Source of the DNA: Raillietiella orientalis
Lineage: Eukaryota
NCBI GenBank assembly: GCA_036172245.1
Contig: JAYWIR010000007.1
Span: 1,550,001-1,614,000, forward strand
Reading direction: 5' to 3'
DNA length: 64,000 nucleotides
Below are positions 1 through 15,000 of the stretch, in pieces. Every line of letters starts with the position of its first letter. Position 1 is the stretch's first letter. The position numbers and the translations under genes are program-made. The notes beneath the pieces were generated by a model, which was not told where the DNA came from, searched no databases, and was given only the letters and a program-made list of their open reading frames with translations.

Positions 1-3000
1 TTCTTCCTGATGACAAAAATGACGAGCAACACAAGTCCACTCGCAAAAGAAGTAGGCATTCCGAGCACCTACTGAAAATGGGGCATCTGATTCACATTCA
101 GGGCATATTCTTGCCAGTGCACAAACACATCTCCATGCCAGGCTTAAGACGGCAGAGTCCACTGATTCTGTTCCCGAAATTTCGTGGACAAAGTCAGCAA
201 ATAAAGCACTCGGGAGTGGACGAGGAAAACTGCTCACTGATTTTTCAGATGTGGATTGCCCTTTTCGGATTTTTTCAAGACTTCTCGGAGGATAAAATGT
301 ACAATGCGACATAAGAAGGAATTTGTGGAAAGGTAAAATCGTATTCGCTTCTATCGGTTTTCCAAGGTCGGTGCGCATTTTGGTGGTGCAGTTCAGTGGT
401 CACACAGAGGCAAGAAGCGGCCATTCGAGCGGCACCGAGTTGAGGGTTGACAGACGGGGATTCTTCTCGTTCGCCTTCCACCCTTGTTTTCCGCCTTGAA
501 CTTTGAAGGAGGAATAGGGCCTGAGCGCAGCCCACACCGACGGCCGGAACACAAACCAGAAAGAGGAATCTTTTTTCGGCAAGAGAAGCCGGTGCGAAAG
601 TGCTGTAAATGGTTTGAGCTGGAAGGCCCGTTTTTCTGGCAGTTCCTCATCTTAAGGATCGAGATGCCTTGTGCCCCTTTCAGACGGATCGAAAACTGCA
701 CGGAGATGGCACTGGGCATCGGAACCTGCGTTCACGACCTCTAAAAAGATGACGAGTAGCCAAGAAAAAGAGTGTGCTGAGATTCGAGAGTGAGCATTCG
801 TTAAATTGAATTGCCGAAAATGGTCTCATTGCAATGAACTGCTATACACGATTAGGTGTTGTGATCACACGCATGGACACCAAACTTGGTCTCTTTCTCG
901 CGATTCGACTGTTTTTAGAACGTTTCGAAAGATGCACAAACCTCAGTTCGACAAATCTGTCGGATACAGCTGAAGAGACGAGTGCCACGGACTCGTTCAC
1001 GAGTCAAGAATCCGCCTGCTCCCTATATAAATGCGTGCCCAAGATCGAAAAACCAGGGACTTTCGTGATATCCTGAGATGATCCCAGCCGGAGTTCAGGT
1101 TCAAGTAGGTTCTTTTGCGGATGGGAACAAGGAACACTCGAAATCAAGGAGACCACGAGTCAAAGAGGCTTCTTCCAGGCCTGAAATGTGGCCTCTATCT
1201 TTAAGCTCTTTTTGATTTTGAGCCTCGTAGTGACAAGCTCGTTGGACCTACGCCCTGAGTGGTTCCCAGTCTTGATGAAGCTGATGCTGCTCTTATTCAC
1301 ATGGTAGCAGGACACTAGCTTTTGACCTTTCCCGCACAATGGCGAAGTGTGGATCTTTCGTGTTTTCAATTTCGTTCTGCGACTTTGCTTTGCCAACTCG
1401 TTATTTCATCTTCAGCTTGGAAACTGCTCCTTGCATTTTTCATTCCGCTTTCGCTCGTCGGAGGTGCATCTTCTTGTCGTCCGCGTTCGTCTTCCGGATT
1501 TTCCACCATCTTCCTGCTTCATCCAAAGCAGATGCTGTGCTCGAATAGCAGAACACGCGCCCTTTTGTACTCACGTATTCGTCCACACCTGCACGGATAG
1601 TTCATCAAAAACGGAAAAAAAAAAAAAAAAAAAAGTAACCAACCTCCTGACCCGTTTTCCTGTTTGGTTTTATTCGGTTCCTGTCACGTTCTTCCCTGTT
1701 TCTGTTCATGAGTTTTCGGCTTATTTGAATATTCGCAATGGCAGAAGGGGTCCACGCAGTCTCGCACGTGCATTCTCGAAAATCCTTCTCGTTAAATGAA
1801 GGCAGGCGGCTGCTACCATTTGCGAAATCTTTCCGACTGTCTGCACCTGCACTTCATCATTAATGCATCTTCTATCCCTCAGATTTTCTCCTTGAGCTCA
1901 AAGAGATCTACTGATACGTTGTGCGAGGAGGGAGAAGCTTGCCAGATCGTAGCATCCTGTTGCTTTCTTCTCAACAGTGCATCTCGTTACTTTTTACAGA
2001 CGTTTGACTTTTATTATATTTTAGTTATTGTAGACATTCTGTCAGTAAATGCCGTCAAGCTGTGCAGAACAGCATTTTTCGAGCCCTTTCATCTTCTGTT
2101 TTGAAGTTTCGGATTTTTTTTTTTTTCCAGCCGCACAAATGCTGTGATTCACAAACTTCACGGACCACTCGTTTGCTGGGCAAAGGAAGCTTCCAAATCG
2201 GGAAGAAGTGAGATGCGTCCGTGTGCTCCCTGCAAACTTTGCGGCATTTCTTTGGAAGACTGAGTTTTTTCCCGGAGTGTAGTTAGCAAAACGAACACCA
2301 AAAGCGTGCTTCCAGGACCAGTCTGACATGCCGACGATCGTGTTTCAGTGGACACAGTACTCTTCCTCGAACCTTTCCGCTTCACTTAGGCAGGATCAGT
2401 TTTTCTCAAGTGTTCCCGATGCTGGTTGGTGTTTCCCTAAGGCTTCCTAAGTCTTCCCTTCGTGTGGACCTCTTCTGATACGAACATCCCATGCTGCAGT
2501 ATAACCTTCTACAAAGAACCGCCTGGAGCTACTTGCAGTCAGTTTCCATTTCCGTTTCTATTACGATGGTACACACGGATCAACTGAAGCACCGTAGCAT
2601 CTCTGCTCTTCGAACTCATTCCCCTTTAAAACAGTCTCTTCGAATTTTCATAAGTTGCCACGGTCCTCAAGACTATTTGGAATCCTCCCCTTGGCACTGA
2701 TAGAAGCCAGATGGATGACGTACACACATATACATGCATTCATTTCATTATGCATTACGTATCTGGAAATATCTTTTCAACCAAAAATCAGTACGGAAAA
2801 GCCATTTGGAAATACGAGTCCGAGACGCGCCCCTTTTCGTGCATTTTTACTATTCATCTTTCACCCTTAATGAGAAAATTACTTCTCATTAAAGGAGGAG
2901 AGCTTTTGTCGCATGGTGCCCTTTTCAAACACGTTTTCATGTTCTGAGTGCTACTGATTGGTCTCCTTTTTCCGACTCCAGCTTCCTACGATCCTTTTTG

Positions 3001-6000
3001 ATGTTTTGTCGCTTGCCTTTCCGAGTTCAAGAAACCTTCCTTTTGCACGCTGAGATTGAGGATGAAGGCACTAAAGTGTATCCGACCTAACATATGCAAA
3101 CGAGCGTTTCACTAAGGTCTTCCATCTTTCCTCAGAGACTCTGTGCTATACGATTCCGGGCCGACCACATTTTGTTTCTTTTCTTTTTTTTTTTTTTTTT
3201 ATTTCTGTGTGCATTTCGCGCTGAGGCTCCTTGCCTGTTGTTTGAAAACTTTTTTCCCATCACCATGATGCCCTTGTAGACGTAACCAACCCAATCCGGT
3301 ATTGATTACCGTGTCTACAGTGCAAGTAATTGTGCCTCGTGAATACTAAAGAGGATCGATAATGTCGGTAGTAATAATGTCCACGAATTAACGAGCTTGC
3401 TACTAACGCACGAAGATCGTGATTTAGAGAACCACCATCTCTTGCAGTGATTTCGACGTGATTCTCTCAAACCCTGAATTACGAAGATTTTTTTCACTTT
3501 GCCTTCTCTCTTTGCTCCATACAATCCAAGAATGGAATTTCATTTTGAAGTTTTCACAAATCCGCTTACGTTTTCCATTTTAATGGCTTCTTGTCATAAA
3601 TCGAACACCCCCAACAACGGCACAACCTCGGCAATAGGTTTCTTCCATCACTACGGGTACGAGGGCCTCGTTTCCATGGTAGATGAGGAAACAAATAGGA
3701 TGGTACCGATACTGTTTTTCATAACGGCACTTGGGCTGTCGATCCGATCAGTTGAATTGCGATCAGAGAGGGACACGGCACAGCAAAATTCCATCGGGGA
3801 ATCGGTGCTCTCCAGCAACGTAGAAAAAGCTTCTGGCTGAAATGGCAGCAGTCGCAAGAAAGCACCGGCAAGCACCACTGACTTGTATGATCGAGCATGC
3901 TTAGGAAACGAGACAGATGGGTTGGTAATCACCTAGCTCGCTCTATTTTAGAAGGCAAGGATCCTGCTTGCTCCGTACGAGCACAGTTCGGGGAAGAAGG
4001 GGAAAGTTGAGCCAAAAAACAACCTCCGAAGATCCAAGGTGACTGCATATGGGGGGGGAGAGTCTTGACCGTAGTGAAAAATACCCGGCATTGCAGGAAT
4101 TTCCACGAGGACGGGTACTGTTTGTACTGTTTGTTTTTCAGGTGTACAAAGATGACGATCAAGGATGATGATGACGGAAACTGCTCGCCGACATGCGCAC
4201 GCGGTGCTCGTAGGTCCACTTGCTGCTGCTCAGCCGAAGAAAGCTGCTGACAAATCTTCTTGTTGTAATTTACGTCGTAACTGTTATTCCAAGATGAGAA
4301 AAGCAATGTGTCTACAGTTAATAGGTGACAGGATAAATGCATGCCAGCAGTGATGCGATGCAAAAGATCTGCTCTGAGGTCCACGCTGTGTGGCTTTTTT
4401 TTTTCTTTTAATAACACGTAATTATTTCGCGGAATTCCAACTGCTGCATAAATTTTAGAGGAGTTCATGGGGGGATTTCAGGGGAATTACACTTCCACGG
4501 ATGTCTTGGGAGAAATGTCAGGGAGTATTTTTTATTTTTATTTTTTTCCCTTTTCCTTCTTCAACATTATTCCGTAGTTGAAGGCATACGCAATTTTAAT
4601 CTGCAAAGTAATCGAAGGATTAACATTTATCATTAGCTAGAAAAGATAGTTTTTACGAACATGTCGATAGGAGTTTCGTGCCTTTCTTTGGTTTCAGGGA
4701 GTACTTTCGAATAATACTCTGCAACTCCACTCACGGATTTCTCGCTCTTGAGTTGATCTCTTGTTGGAAACCCTTTAAACTCGAAGAACGACCAACGCCA
4801 AGATGAATACAGCAGGAAGAATGCAGCCAAAAACTAATCGAGTTGAATCTTGCTATTTATTCCTGTTCTTTTTTTCTATTCCCCCAATCCTTTGATCATC
4901 TCATCTGACTTTCTTAATCAACTCCATTTGAGCAGGACGTGCTCTTTTTTTTCTGTGGATGGGGGTGGTGGGACAGAGTTCAAAGCGAAGAGATGTAAAA
5001 TCAATCGAGTACTTATTATAAGTACTTATTTTCATTTTAAAAAGCTTGTTCGAATGAAGCTCAGACTCATTGCATTGAAAACACGAGACTTGTGTGTTTT
5101 TCACAGCTACCGTGCATTTTGAGTTCAGAAAATTCAGACAAAAACGAGGTTTCAAGGATGCCCACGTGGGCCCACGCGCTTCAATTATCACAGCCTTATG
5201 GCTGTGATAATTTGTTCACGAAATGAAACCAAAGCACGGATGGGAAGAAGATCCAATCGATGGATTATCTACGTAAAGAATTCAGCTTTATTTTTTTTTT
5301 TCCTTACGCATTTAGATTCTTTGCTTTGAAAGTAGATTTGAGTTTCCGATCACTGGCTTGTAACTAATATTTTCTTTATGTGTACATGAATGCTGAATAT
5401 CAACAGCAATATATATATATATATATATTTTTTGTGGTAACTTTTGGACAATACACGAAAGGTTCAGCGAGTCTCATTCATCGTACCTATCTTTTACTGC
5501 CAACAAATGCTTATCCACATGATTGCTTCTTTAATGTTGAAATTGCATGTTGTGTGTGTGTGTATACGTGTATGTGCCCCCCCCCCCCCCTACTGTAGCA
5601 GCTGTTTTGCCATGAGCCATTTTGCTCACACTCCGGAGACAGCTCAGAGACAAGACTCTTGGATGTCGTGCTTACCGTGGCCAACAGGGAGTCTGGTTTG
5701 GTCTCAAGTTTTGCAAATCATAACATTTAAGTACAGTGGAGATGTTTCAATAAAATCTCCATGTATTCATTCGTGTAGAGCATTGGGGAAGCAAGGCCCA
5801 ATTTACACTGACTTCGCAGTACACAAAACGGTACAAACAGTCACAAAGTCGAATTCACTCAAGCTGGACATCGTTATTTCAGTTTTTTCGCTGATGCAAA
5901 ATATATCTTTTTCCATTCAAAATCACAGCATCGGAATTTGTAAATTTCCAATACGAAAAGAGCAATCGTATAATGGCAACTCATGTGCCGATTTGTCGCA

Positions 6001-7861
6001 AGAGTATAAAACAGGATTGCAATAAATTCTTGTAAATGGAACCGATTTTTTTTTTTTTGTAGCAAAATACTTCAGAGGACATTCGAACTCCATCTTATAA
6101 TTGGAGTGCTACGAGGAGATCGGTGCCAATCAAAGCAGTAAAAACGCATATCTAAAAACGCTTCCTTCTTCGTGGCAAAAGGAAATGAGTTATCCTTTCA
6201 AAAGGTTATTTTCTCTGCAAATTCCAAGGCATTGCACAAGCTCGATTCCAAGCACGAGCACAGGTCTTACACCATGAATCAGGCAGGAAGGACATTCTCT
6301 TTATACAGCTGATCTCTGGGCAATCGCACAGATTCTGCCAAACTTTTGTATGCAAAAAGGTTGACAATAATGACAAAATCAATAATGATCTGCTGCAGAA
6401 ATTCACAATAAATATAAAAATCACCTGAGCTCTAGGGAAAGAAGGATGATGCTCTTTCGATGCACATATGCATAAGAAATGTAATGTGAACTATGCAAAT
6501 CATAGTGTTCTCGATTGTCGTTAGTAATTACATAGCCACAGCCGGCAGACTAGCCTAAACAAATTTCAGGTAAAGAAAGAAAAACCTGCTGCAAGCATAA
6601 ACGGGAATTTTGGTGTGAAATGATTTCGTTGGGAATGAAATTACTGGCAAGTCCGTAAATGACGTCAATTAACAATTTGAGTGGATGTATAGAAGGCGGC
6701 ATGGCACCCCGTCACAACTTTAAAAAGCTCCGACAGAACTCTTCTGGTCAAACGTCCTCGCAAAGGACTGCTCGGTGAAAAGAAATCAACGACAACTCAC
6801 GTTTTTTTCTACCGGCAAAAATGAAAGAAAGAAAAATGGGATTGTGAAATGTCCTGTAAGAAGCCGTATGATGCAACAGTCACATGACGTAAGAGTGCCA
6901 GTCATATCACAATCATACCATCATTTCAAAAAAACAAACAAACAAACAAATTTTCTGATTCTAAAGAGTAGTTACAGGCTAATTTTATCTAGTTTAGTTA
7001 CATTCTCGCCTCCAAAATTTCGCGGTCACTAACAAAGAAAACATATAAGCAAAACTATTTATTGTTTGATACTGGTTTCAGCTATTGGGAAGAAAAAAAC
7101 TTGTTCAAGTTAAGTTTAAAGGTGAGGATGTTTGGTATTCAGAAATCCTGATAATAAATTGCTGAAGAAAGATAAATACTAAAATAGGGAGCTTGAGAAT
7201 TCACGGAATGAGTGGCTGGATTGTGTATCAAAAAAACCAAGCAAAAAAGATGATAGTAATAATTGAAAACAGAAAAACACTAAAACGCCTTTGAAGTGAA
7301 GGCACTTACAGACTTCCATTCTCTTGCAAGTTGAGATGTAATGCAATGAACTTATTGGTTGATCGATGTTATGAACTTTGTTGGACGTAATTGAGCGTAA
7401 CAATATTAGGAAGTGTTTTCAAAATGAAACCTTAGCACATAAACAAATGAATGATTTGCCAGAGGCACGAAAGTTAAAATTCGGATCTCGTTTTTTTCTT
7501 TATGAATTTCAACCGTGACGAAATTCCCTCTCGTTACGAAGATGCTCATTCTGTCATCTTGACATTGAAACCACGAGTTATCCAAATGACATCCATACAG
7601 ACGACCACATTTGCTGGCGTTCATCTAATGAAAAGTACATAGTCTGAATATGAATTAATAAGCGACACCTTGTCCAGATCGGCTCTCGACAATTTTTGAT
7701 TAGTTTTCTTACTAGAAGTTACGGTTTACTAGATTTATCTGGTTACAATCTTCCGTTCAGTTTATGAAAGAGGCAGTTGTGATTAGAAGTACTTCTTCCC
7801 ACTTCTAGATTTTTTTTGCAAAAGCTCTGATCCCGACCAAGAGCCGGAATAATAATCTTCG

Positions 7862-7900
<39 letters not shown>
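7862..7900. repeat. T26-A13 abutting homopolymers (self-complementary)
   Basis: 26 T immediately followed by 13 A. Confidence 0.8.
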
Positions 7901-8743
7901 CCAATGCTAACCACATGAAATCCATTTACTACAATCGGTGATTGAAGAGGGATACTTCATCCAAGTTGTCGTTTCATGAAACTTCACCATCTCCAAGTGT
8001 CTTTACTTCTACTCTTGCTGGTTGCGAGTCCTATTTGACGAGATCCATCACGTCGTTACTATTTGATAATCTTACGGTGTGGACAATCCGTTTAGCATTT
8101 ATCCGGCTCTTGAGGACTCGGGAAAAAAATCAATTAACTTTTCGATGTTAACAGGACAAACGAGTGGCCGAATTCCGCAAGTAACTTTTGGAGTGTGCAA
8201 TTCACACAGATGCTATTGTTGGCGGAAAGTGGATGGTGGTGGTGGTGGTGGTGGGTCGTTTCCCCGTCGGTATGCAATGTGCATGAAATGGCGTTTATAC
8301 CCGAAAAATGCATAACCTTCTGCACGAGATATCGCGAAAAGGATTTTTCCGAGGTTTTAAGTTGTGCTCCGGCTAAGAGTTCTTTTTCATGTTACTCCTG
8401 CACGAGGTTGTGGGATACCCGTCGCCCAGAGAAAAAAAAAAAAAAAAAAAGAGGAAGAAAAGACCATGTGTTCGAAAATTTATCATGATTTCGTTCGTTG
8501 CGGTTGCGTTTGCTGTTTTTCCATGATAAAACCGTGAAAGTTTGGTAATGATTAGGATTGTGAATTTTGCATGGTGCACTGTGATATGCTGAAAGATTTT
8601 TTGGATCGTTTTTTTCCAGAAGTACTTGTTTCAGGAGTTGCCCATACAAGTGTATATAGCATTACGAGTATAATATATTTAATTTGATGTTTAAAAATGA
8701 ATTCTTATTAATATAAAAATGCTAGCGGCTGATGGAAAGTAAC

Positions 8744-9084
8744 ATGTCACATACCATCCAGTTTATCATAAATCCTTTACCAGCAACAGAAGAACAGCTC
8801 ATAGAAAGGTGAGTGAATCAAATTGCACATTGATTATGATATTGCAGTGCGGGAATTTATTGAAGTCGTTTTTCTTTTCTCCATAGGTTCAAGGAGGTTG
8901 CTGATCGTTTGTATAAATATGGACAAACTTTACCCATTTCACTGGGCAGAATAAGTGCCAATATAGATCGTGTTGTTGTTGGACCTTCACACATTGCATT
9001 TTTGCTAGAAGATGGAACGGTCTGCCGTGTCGAATTTGTAATATTATTAGAAAAATTCGATTTAACAAAGCAAGATAGCAAAAA
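8744..9084 (+). CDS. hyd: hyd/UBR5 coding exons 1-2 (not in the ORF track)
   Basis: ATG at 8744; AG|gtgagt donor at 8809; ccatag acceptor at 8886. Translation [23 protein letters not shown]...[19 protein letters not shown] matches the conserved UBR5 N-terminus. Confidence 0.9.
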
Positions 9085-12000
9085 GTAAGAATTTTCAGTT
9101 GAAACTTGAATGCCCCTAGCATGGAAATACTTATTAATTCGATAACGATTTAGTTTTCCCGCAAATGGTTGATTGAATTTCTTATACATAGAATAACCTA
9201 CAGACAAATCTCAGTGCACAGTTTTCAGAAACCTTATTTATGGCATTTCACAAATTTTATGCCACTACACTTAATGTTATTCTATTCCCAATGCCCATTC
9301 ATACCTTGAATATCATTGAACTAACCCAATGTACTACACCCAATACTTTTTTTTGGAAATTAGCGGTTTGAAATTATGATGCAATTTTTAATCTAGCGTT
9401 CATGTGCACAAAACTGAAGTCATGAATCTGATTGCATTTTGTAAAGCATTTGATTATGTTTGAATTGCAATTATACTCGAGTAAGGAACTTATCTATTTT
9501 ATGGACACATTTCTTATTTTTGAGAGTAAATGCATTTTTGAGATATTTTCCTTTGCTTGGGCTGTTTTTATTTGAAGTGTGTGAAAGCAAATGGAAATTC
9601 AATTCATATCCAGAATAAACACAATACATTTCTGACATTGGTTTCTGAATTAATGAATTTGATTTATTTAATTGTTTTATTTGTGAACTTGATCAAGAAT
9701 CAAATGATTTGAAAAAGTATGTCGCATGATAAATAAAAATAAATTTCTTTTCTTTTTAATTACTTGATTGTTGTGAACAAGATATTTTTATTAAATCAAA
9801 GATTTTTGAAGACATGATTGAGAAATGATTGTATTTTTGCATGATGGTTAGTTTGTATTGTTAAAAAACCTGATAAATTTTTGATACTTTATAAACATGT
9901 TCATCAGAGAAATAGTTGCCTTTAGATTGAATTCAAATAGTTGTTGAGGTCACTAGATTGGTACATTATGGCACCCTGTAGTTAATACATCCTTCACAAT
10001 GATTCAAGAAGATTAGCCACGAGTTTCAGAATTATACTTCTAGTTCTTATCAATGCTTTGTAATTAAAATTGAGACTATAAAGTTAGTCAAAGCAAGAAG
10101 TGGAATTTCGGGTTAAACTGTGTTGTATTTTAATCAGCACATTGTTAGTGTATTAATCTTTCAGGGAATATGCATTGTTAACATATTTAATTCCAGCAAA
10201 AATTCTGTGTCTTAGATCTGTGAATATGGCAAAGATGAGGGTTCTGAAAGTACTTCATGACTAGTCATTTATATGTTTGTTCTGTAGACAAAAATTTTGG
10301 GTTGTAAAATAAGACAGCTGATTTCTTTTTTCTTCCAAACATCAATAATGAGTTTTCACATTATGTTTTTACCTATTATACAGTTTTGTTTTCATGCTGA
10401 ATTTGTGATTTGATGTATCTGTGTGACATTGGGTCAAACTTGTTTCTTCAATTTCACAGAGCCTTCCTCAAAAAGCATGGGAGAGGTACAGTTTTTAGTC
10501 TAGTTGTGCAGTTTAATGAATTAGTAGATTGGCAGTGGACTTGACAAAAAATTCAGGTTTCATGAAATTGTTTTCAAATCACATTTTATAAAGGATTAGT
10601 GATGCAACTGAATTGCATTAGTTTCTCAAAATGCAATTGTGTTCGAGCATTTTCTTATGCTGCAGAAATGTTTTTTACATCTGTTATTAGACACCACTGT
10701 GCTAGTAGTTTCAGTAGTAGTTCCTGGATTGTGCATCATAATTATTGTTTGCAGGCTTGATTGGTATTTTTCTTTTTTTTTTTTTCCGTGTGAATTGGAC
10801 TTGCCTAAGTAAACAAGAATTCTTCAGTCAGATTTGAACTGTTGATTTCATTTTACAGCACAGTGCATGCAATCAGGTATGCAGCAGTCTGCTGCTGTCT
10901 ATTGTTTGTGCTTTAAATCTGTTCTACTCTTTTATTTGCATGTCCATTTCATACTTGAATGATTTTGTATATTTTAAAAATTTTTGGTATATTCCAAGCT
11001 CAAGTTCATATTACTGTGTTTAGTGTCAGTAAGTCATCATCAGCCAATTCAAGACCTAACAGTACAAGACAAAGAGGTGGAACCAGCAGAATGAGATTTG
11101 GTGGTTCGAGTGGATCAAATACTAACAACAATGCTAACAGAGGCAGAGGATCGGGAGTAATAATGGCATCAAGAACTCCTGTACTTCCTGCACCATATGT
11201 TCCAGAAGAATTAATATCTCAAGCTCAAGTAGTTTTGCAGGGCAAGAGCAGGAACCTAATAATTAGAGAACTGCAGGTGTGATTTTATCTATCATTTCGA
11301 TAAAAGTTTTCAGATCAGTTTTATCACATATGTTATTGTATGTTATTGCCTTTTTTAAAAACTGATTCAGTTTTTGCCAAATGATACAGAAAAGCATCTG
11401 ATTCAGTTGAAAGCTAAATTAAAGCATTGTTTTTACAAAAGGCACTCAAACGTTTTTGTCATTTGCATGTGTCTTTTGAGATAAATACTTTGGGATTTTT
11501 ACTTGAGATGTAAAAACTTAACAGAGTACATCTTGTGAAAAAGTGTGTATATTCAAGTTGCATCTAAGCTCCAGCCAGTGTATAACCTGTTGGGTACACT
11601 GCAGTAAAAGTTCTATAGAAATGCATAAAATTTTATAAAACACAAATGAACGAAATGCCATCTGGGGCAATTTTGCACAATGTATGTGGACATATACAAA
11701 TATTTAATGTCTTACGTAAAGTTCCAACAGTCAAAAATTTTGGGGAACACATAGAAAGCGCTTTGAAATCGCAGAACAGGATCGAAACAACTGTTTAAAA
11801 GCATGTCTTGATTACATGATAGCCTTACAAATATTGATATTAAAAATATCCCTGTTTCAAGATGAAAAATAGCTGTGCTTCATAGGCTTGCTTTTACCAT
11901 AATTCCCCCTGTTTTGAAAGTGCATATTATTTGACATCTTTAATTATATTTTTAGAGGACAAATTTAGATGTAAATCTTGCTGTAAATAATTTGCTGTCA

Positions 12001-15000
12001 AGAGATGATGAAGACAATGATGATGCAGATGATTCTCAAGATTCATATGTCCCCGAGGATTTAATGTCCTTGTTAGATACAGGAATCCATGGTGAACATT
12101 CTGTCATTATTGATGCTGATACAATGTTTGCAGAAGACATGTTTGGTTATGGTGGAATTAGAAGGTAGAGATCATTCTTGTAATGTGGGATATGCAAGTT
12201 ATGTTTAATACGGTGTGATTATAGATAAACTGAATTGCAATATGATTTAATTGTGATTCATTTTAGATTTGGTAATGAATCAATCTTAGCACAATTTTTT
12301 AAAGTTCGTTTTCGTGTGCATGTATTTTTCTATTGCAAAAGGAACTATTTAAGATTCTTGTGTGTGTCTTAGAAACCTGAAGTATACTTTAATGATATTA
12401 ATCTTAAGAAAAGATACTAATTACAATAAATAGTGGGATTTTCATACGTTTTAAATCTCTCTTTGCTTAAAATTTTATAATTTTAAAACTTTGTTGTTTA
12501 ACATTGAAAGTATTTCCATCTTTCTAGATTAGTATCTATTCTTCTGAGATGCTAAGGTGGACAGGTTTTCTCATGCACTCACAAATGTGTAAAAATTTCC
12601 ATTTGAGCCACATCAATTTATCAATCTGGTTGTGTAAAAATATTTGAAATTAATTTGCAAGTCAATCATTTTAAAGATGAATCATACAAAATTGTTTGCA
12701 GTATGCAGTAGTACCTGTACATTGAAATGATTAATCTTACTCTATCCATTATATTACAACAAGTAATAGTTTGAGATCTATATGGATTTTGAGTCACATT
12801 TTCTTATTGTGCACCCTGAATTGTAGTCATTTTTTTGAAAGTTTTATACCAACATGAGCATAGCATCATTAGTTCATTGCAATCTTTGATTTTTTATTGT
12901 TCGGTGTGACCAGAGTTACTGATCTTTGTATGCACTCACGAATGTTAATGCTTCCATCATGATCCAATGTATGTGAAATTTTAGGTGCCACCCACAAATG
13001 TCTGTGTACATGGCACTGGTGAAGTGTCAGTTGAATTTTCTCGTATTTTGTCAAGATCATTGTCTTCTTATTCGTAGATTATTACCGACGAAATAATTTA
13101 CTGAGTACATTTTACGCAGTTACCAAATGTTTGTTTGTTTGTGTGTTTCTGTACTATTTTAATGTTTTATTCCATGTATGCAGATGCCCGATTAATATAT
13201 GTTTGTTTTGTTTATAAGTGCTTGAATGTAAAGGGATGAAATGATTCTGCGAAAATATTTTCAGATTATAAGATTCAAACTACGAAATTTACAAACTTTA
13301 TTGAGGAATCAAAGAGTTAAGTTTAGGATGCCAAACTGAGAGAATTATACAAACTTATAAGTTTGTCTAATTCTTTCAGTCCGTATTTTTTCCCTTTTTT
13401 TTTGTGCCATCCATTTGTGTGATGTCTAAGCACGTTTTTCTTGCACTTAGTACATATCCTGAATGTCTTTCATTTATATATGTACGATTTATTAAGATTT
13501 AAAAAAATCAAGATATGTTTATTATATGATTTTTAAATTCTAATTAGTTGATGTGAACATAGATTAGTAATTTTAAAGTGTAATGGTATGTGATTTGGTG
13601 GTGATTGTTAGTGGGGAAGAGGTTTAGTATGGGTTGGTTATGGTGGGGTCATGAGACTGTTTGTTTGGTGGGTAATTTATAGAAAATTTTTCAATTTTTA
13701 TGTAGTGTTAATTTAATTGTCAGGGAATGAGTTAATTTAATGAGTAATGGGATGTGAATGGAGTATAGTGTAAAGGGAATGTTAATGGATTAGAAAAATT
13801 TTATGTTATAGTAGTGTTCAGTTGTGGATTTATTTGGAGAGTAAGTTTGATAGTTATATATTTTACTTTAATGTGTGGTGGAGGATATGATTGGGTAAGG
13901 GATGGTTTATTAGTTTGGAAGTTTAGGTTGATGTTTATTTGTGTTTATGTATGTACCTCTTGCTTGTGTTTTATATTTGTGTATGTATTCTTTATATAGA
14001 GACAAGAGTATTAGAGCAATGGAATGGTCATTTGTTAACTATTCATTTTAAGTTTGTTTTAAATATACATGTACCTGTAAGTGTATTTAAAATCACAATG
14101 TAGTTCTAGCTTTACAAAGTTTTTTTTATTTTCTTTAATATTGCAGACTAGTTCTAGATAATAAAAGTGCAAGTAATATTTATAAGCAGTTAAAAAAAAA
14201 GTGAAAACAGTGCACTGATTCAAAAAGTAAATTTTACATTTTGAACTAGGGGGATTTCTATTCGGAGTGGACCTACAGTAATGAAATATTTTTCTAGGCC
14301 CTTATTAGAAATCAGTGTATTTATGCAACTTATTCGCACTCTGTTGTACTACTTATTCTGAATGAATTTCTGAAAGGTTCCATCTAGTTTGAGTTTTGAA
14401 TTTTACTTCAGCTTATTGAAAACAAAATTTCATTTGTAAGTGAAGTGCACATTCCCTGCCATATGTTGTTACAACTAATTCGATTTTTTTCAAAATGGGA
14501 GTAAAAATTCCATTTAGTTTGAAGTCTTTGTTGACTGATCAATTTCTATAAATCTATAAGATAATTGGACTGAATCTTCCCTGAAAGTATATTCATTACG
14601 CCATTAAGGCGATGTGTGTTTCAGAAATATTTTGTTTTACAACTATACACTTAATCCGGAGATTTTACTGCATTGAGAATTGTGATTATATGCGTATTTG
14701 AATTCATATCTAAATATGAGAAATTAGCTTGAAACTTACTGTTATCTTAAATGTTCGTAGGTCACCACCTCGAATATAATAAATATTTAAATAGTTGAAA
14801 TAGATTTTTGAAATACAACAGAAACTGATGGTTTTAGGATCATTTCTACAGTTATTGACTGGTTATTAAAATCTGCGATTTTTCAATTTGTAGATCCAGC
14901 TCAAATCGAGCAAGATCCGGAGATAAAGAGCGTGATGCAGAGAAGGACAGAGACAGGGAAACTGTGTTTCGCTGGAGGGACCGTCTTTATCCATCACCAA

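Noticed and set aside
4142..4250. Cys-rich mini-ORF after a good acceptor (CTKMTIKDDDDGNCSPTCARGARRSTCCCSAEESC*), metallothionein- or toxin-like
   Set aside because: No compatible upstream exon was identified and the Cys spacing matches no family I recognise.
8712..8718. TATAAAA as the hyd TATA box
   Set aside because: It is too close to the ATGs at 8732/8744 to leave a normal 5' UTR and lies in an AT-rich patch, so it cannot be supported without TSS data.
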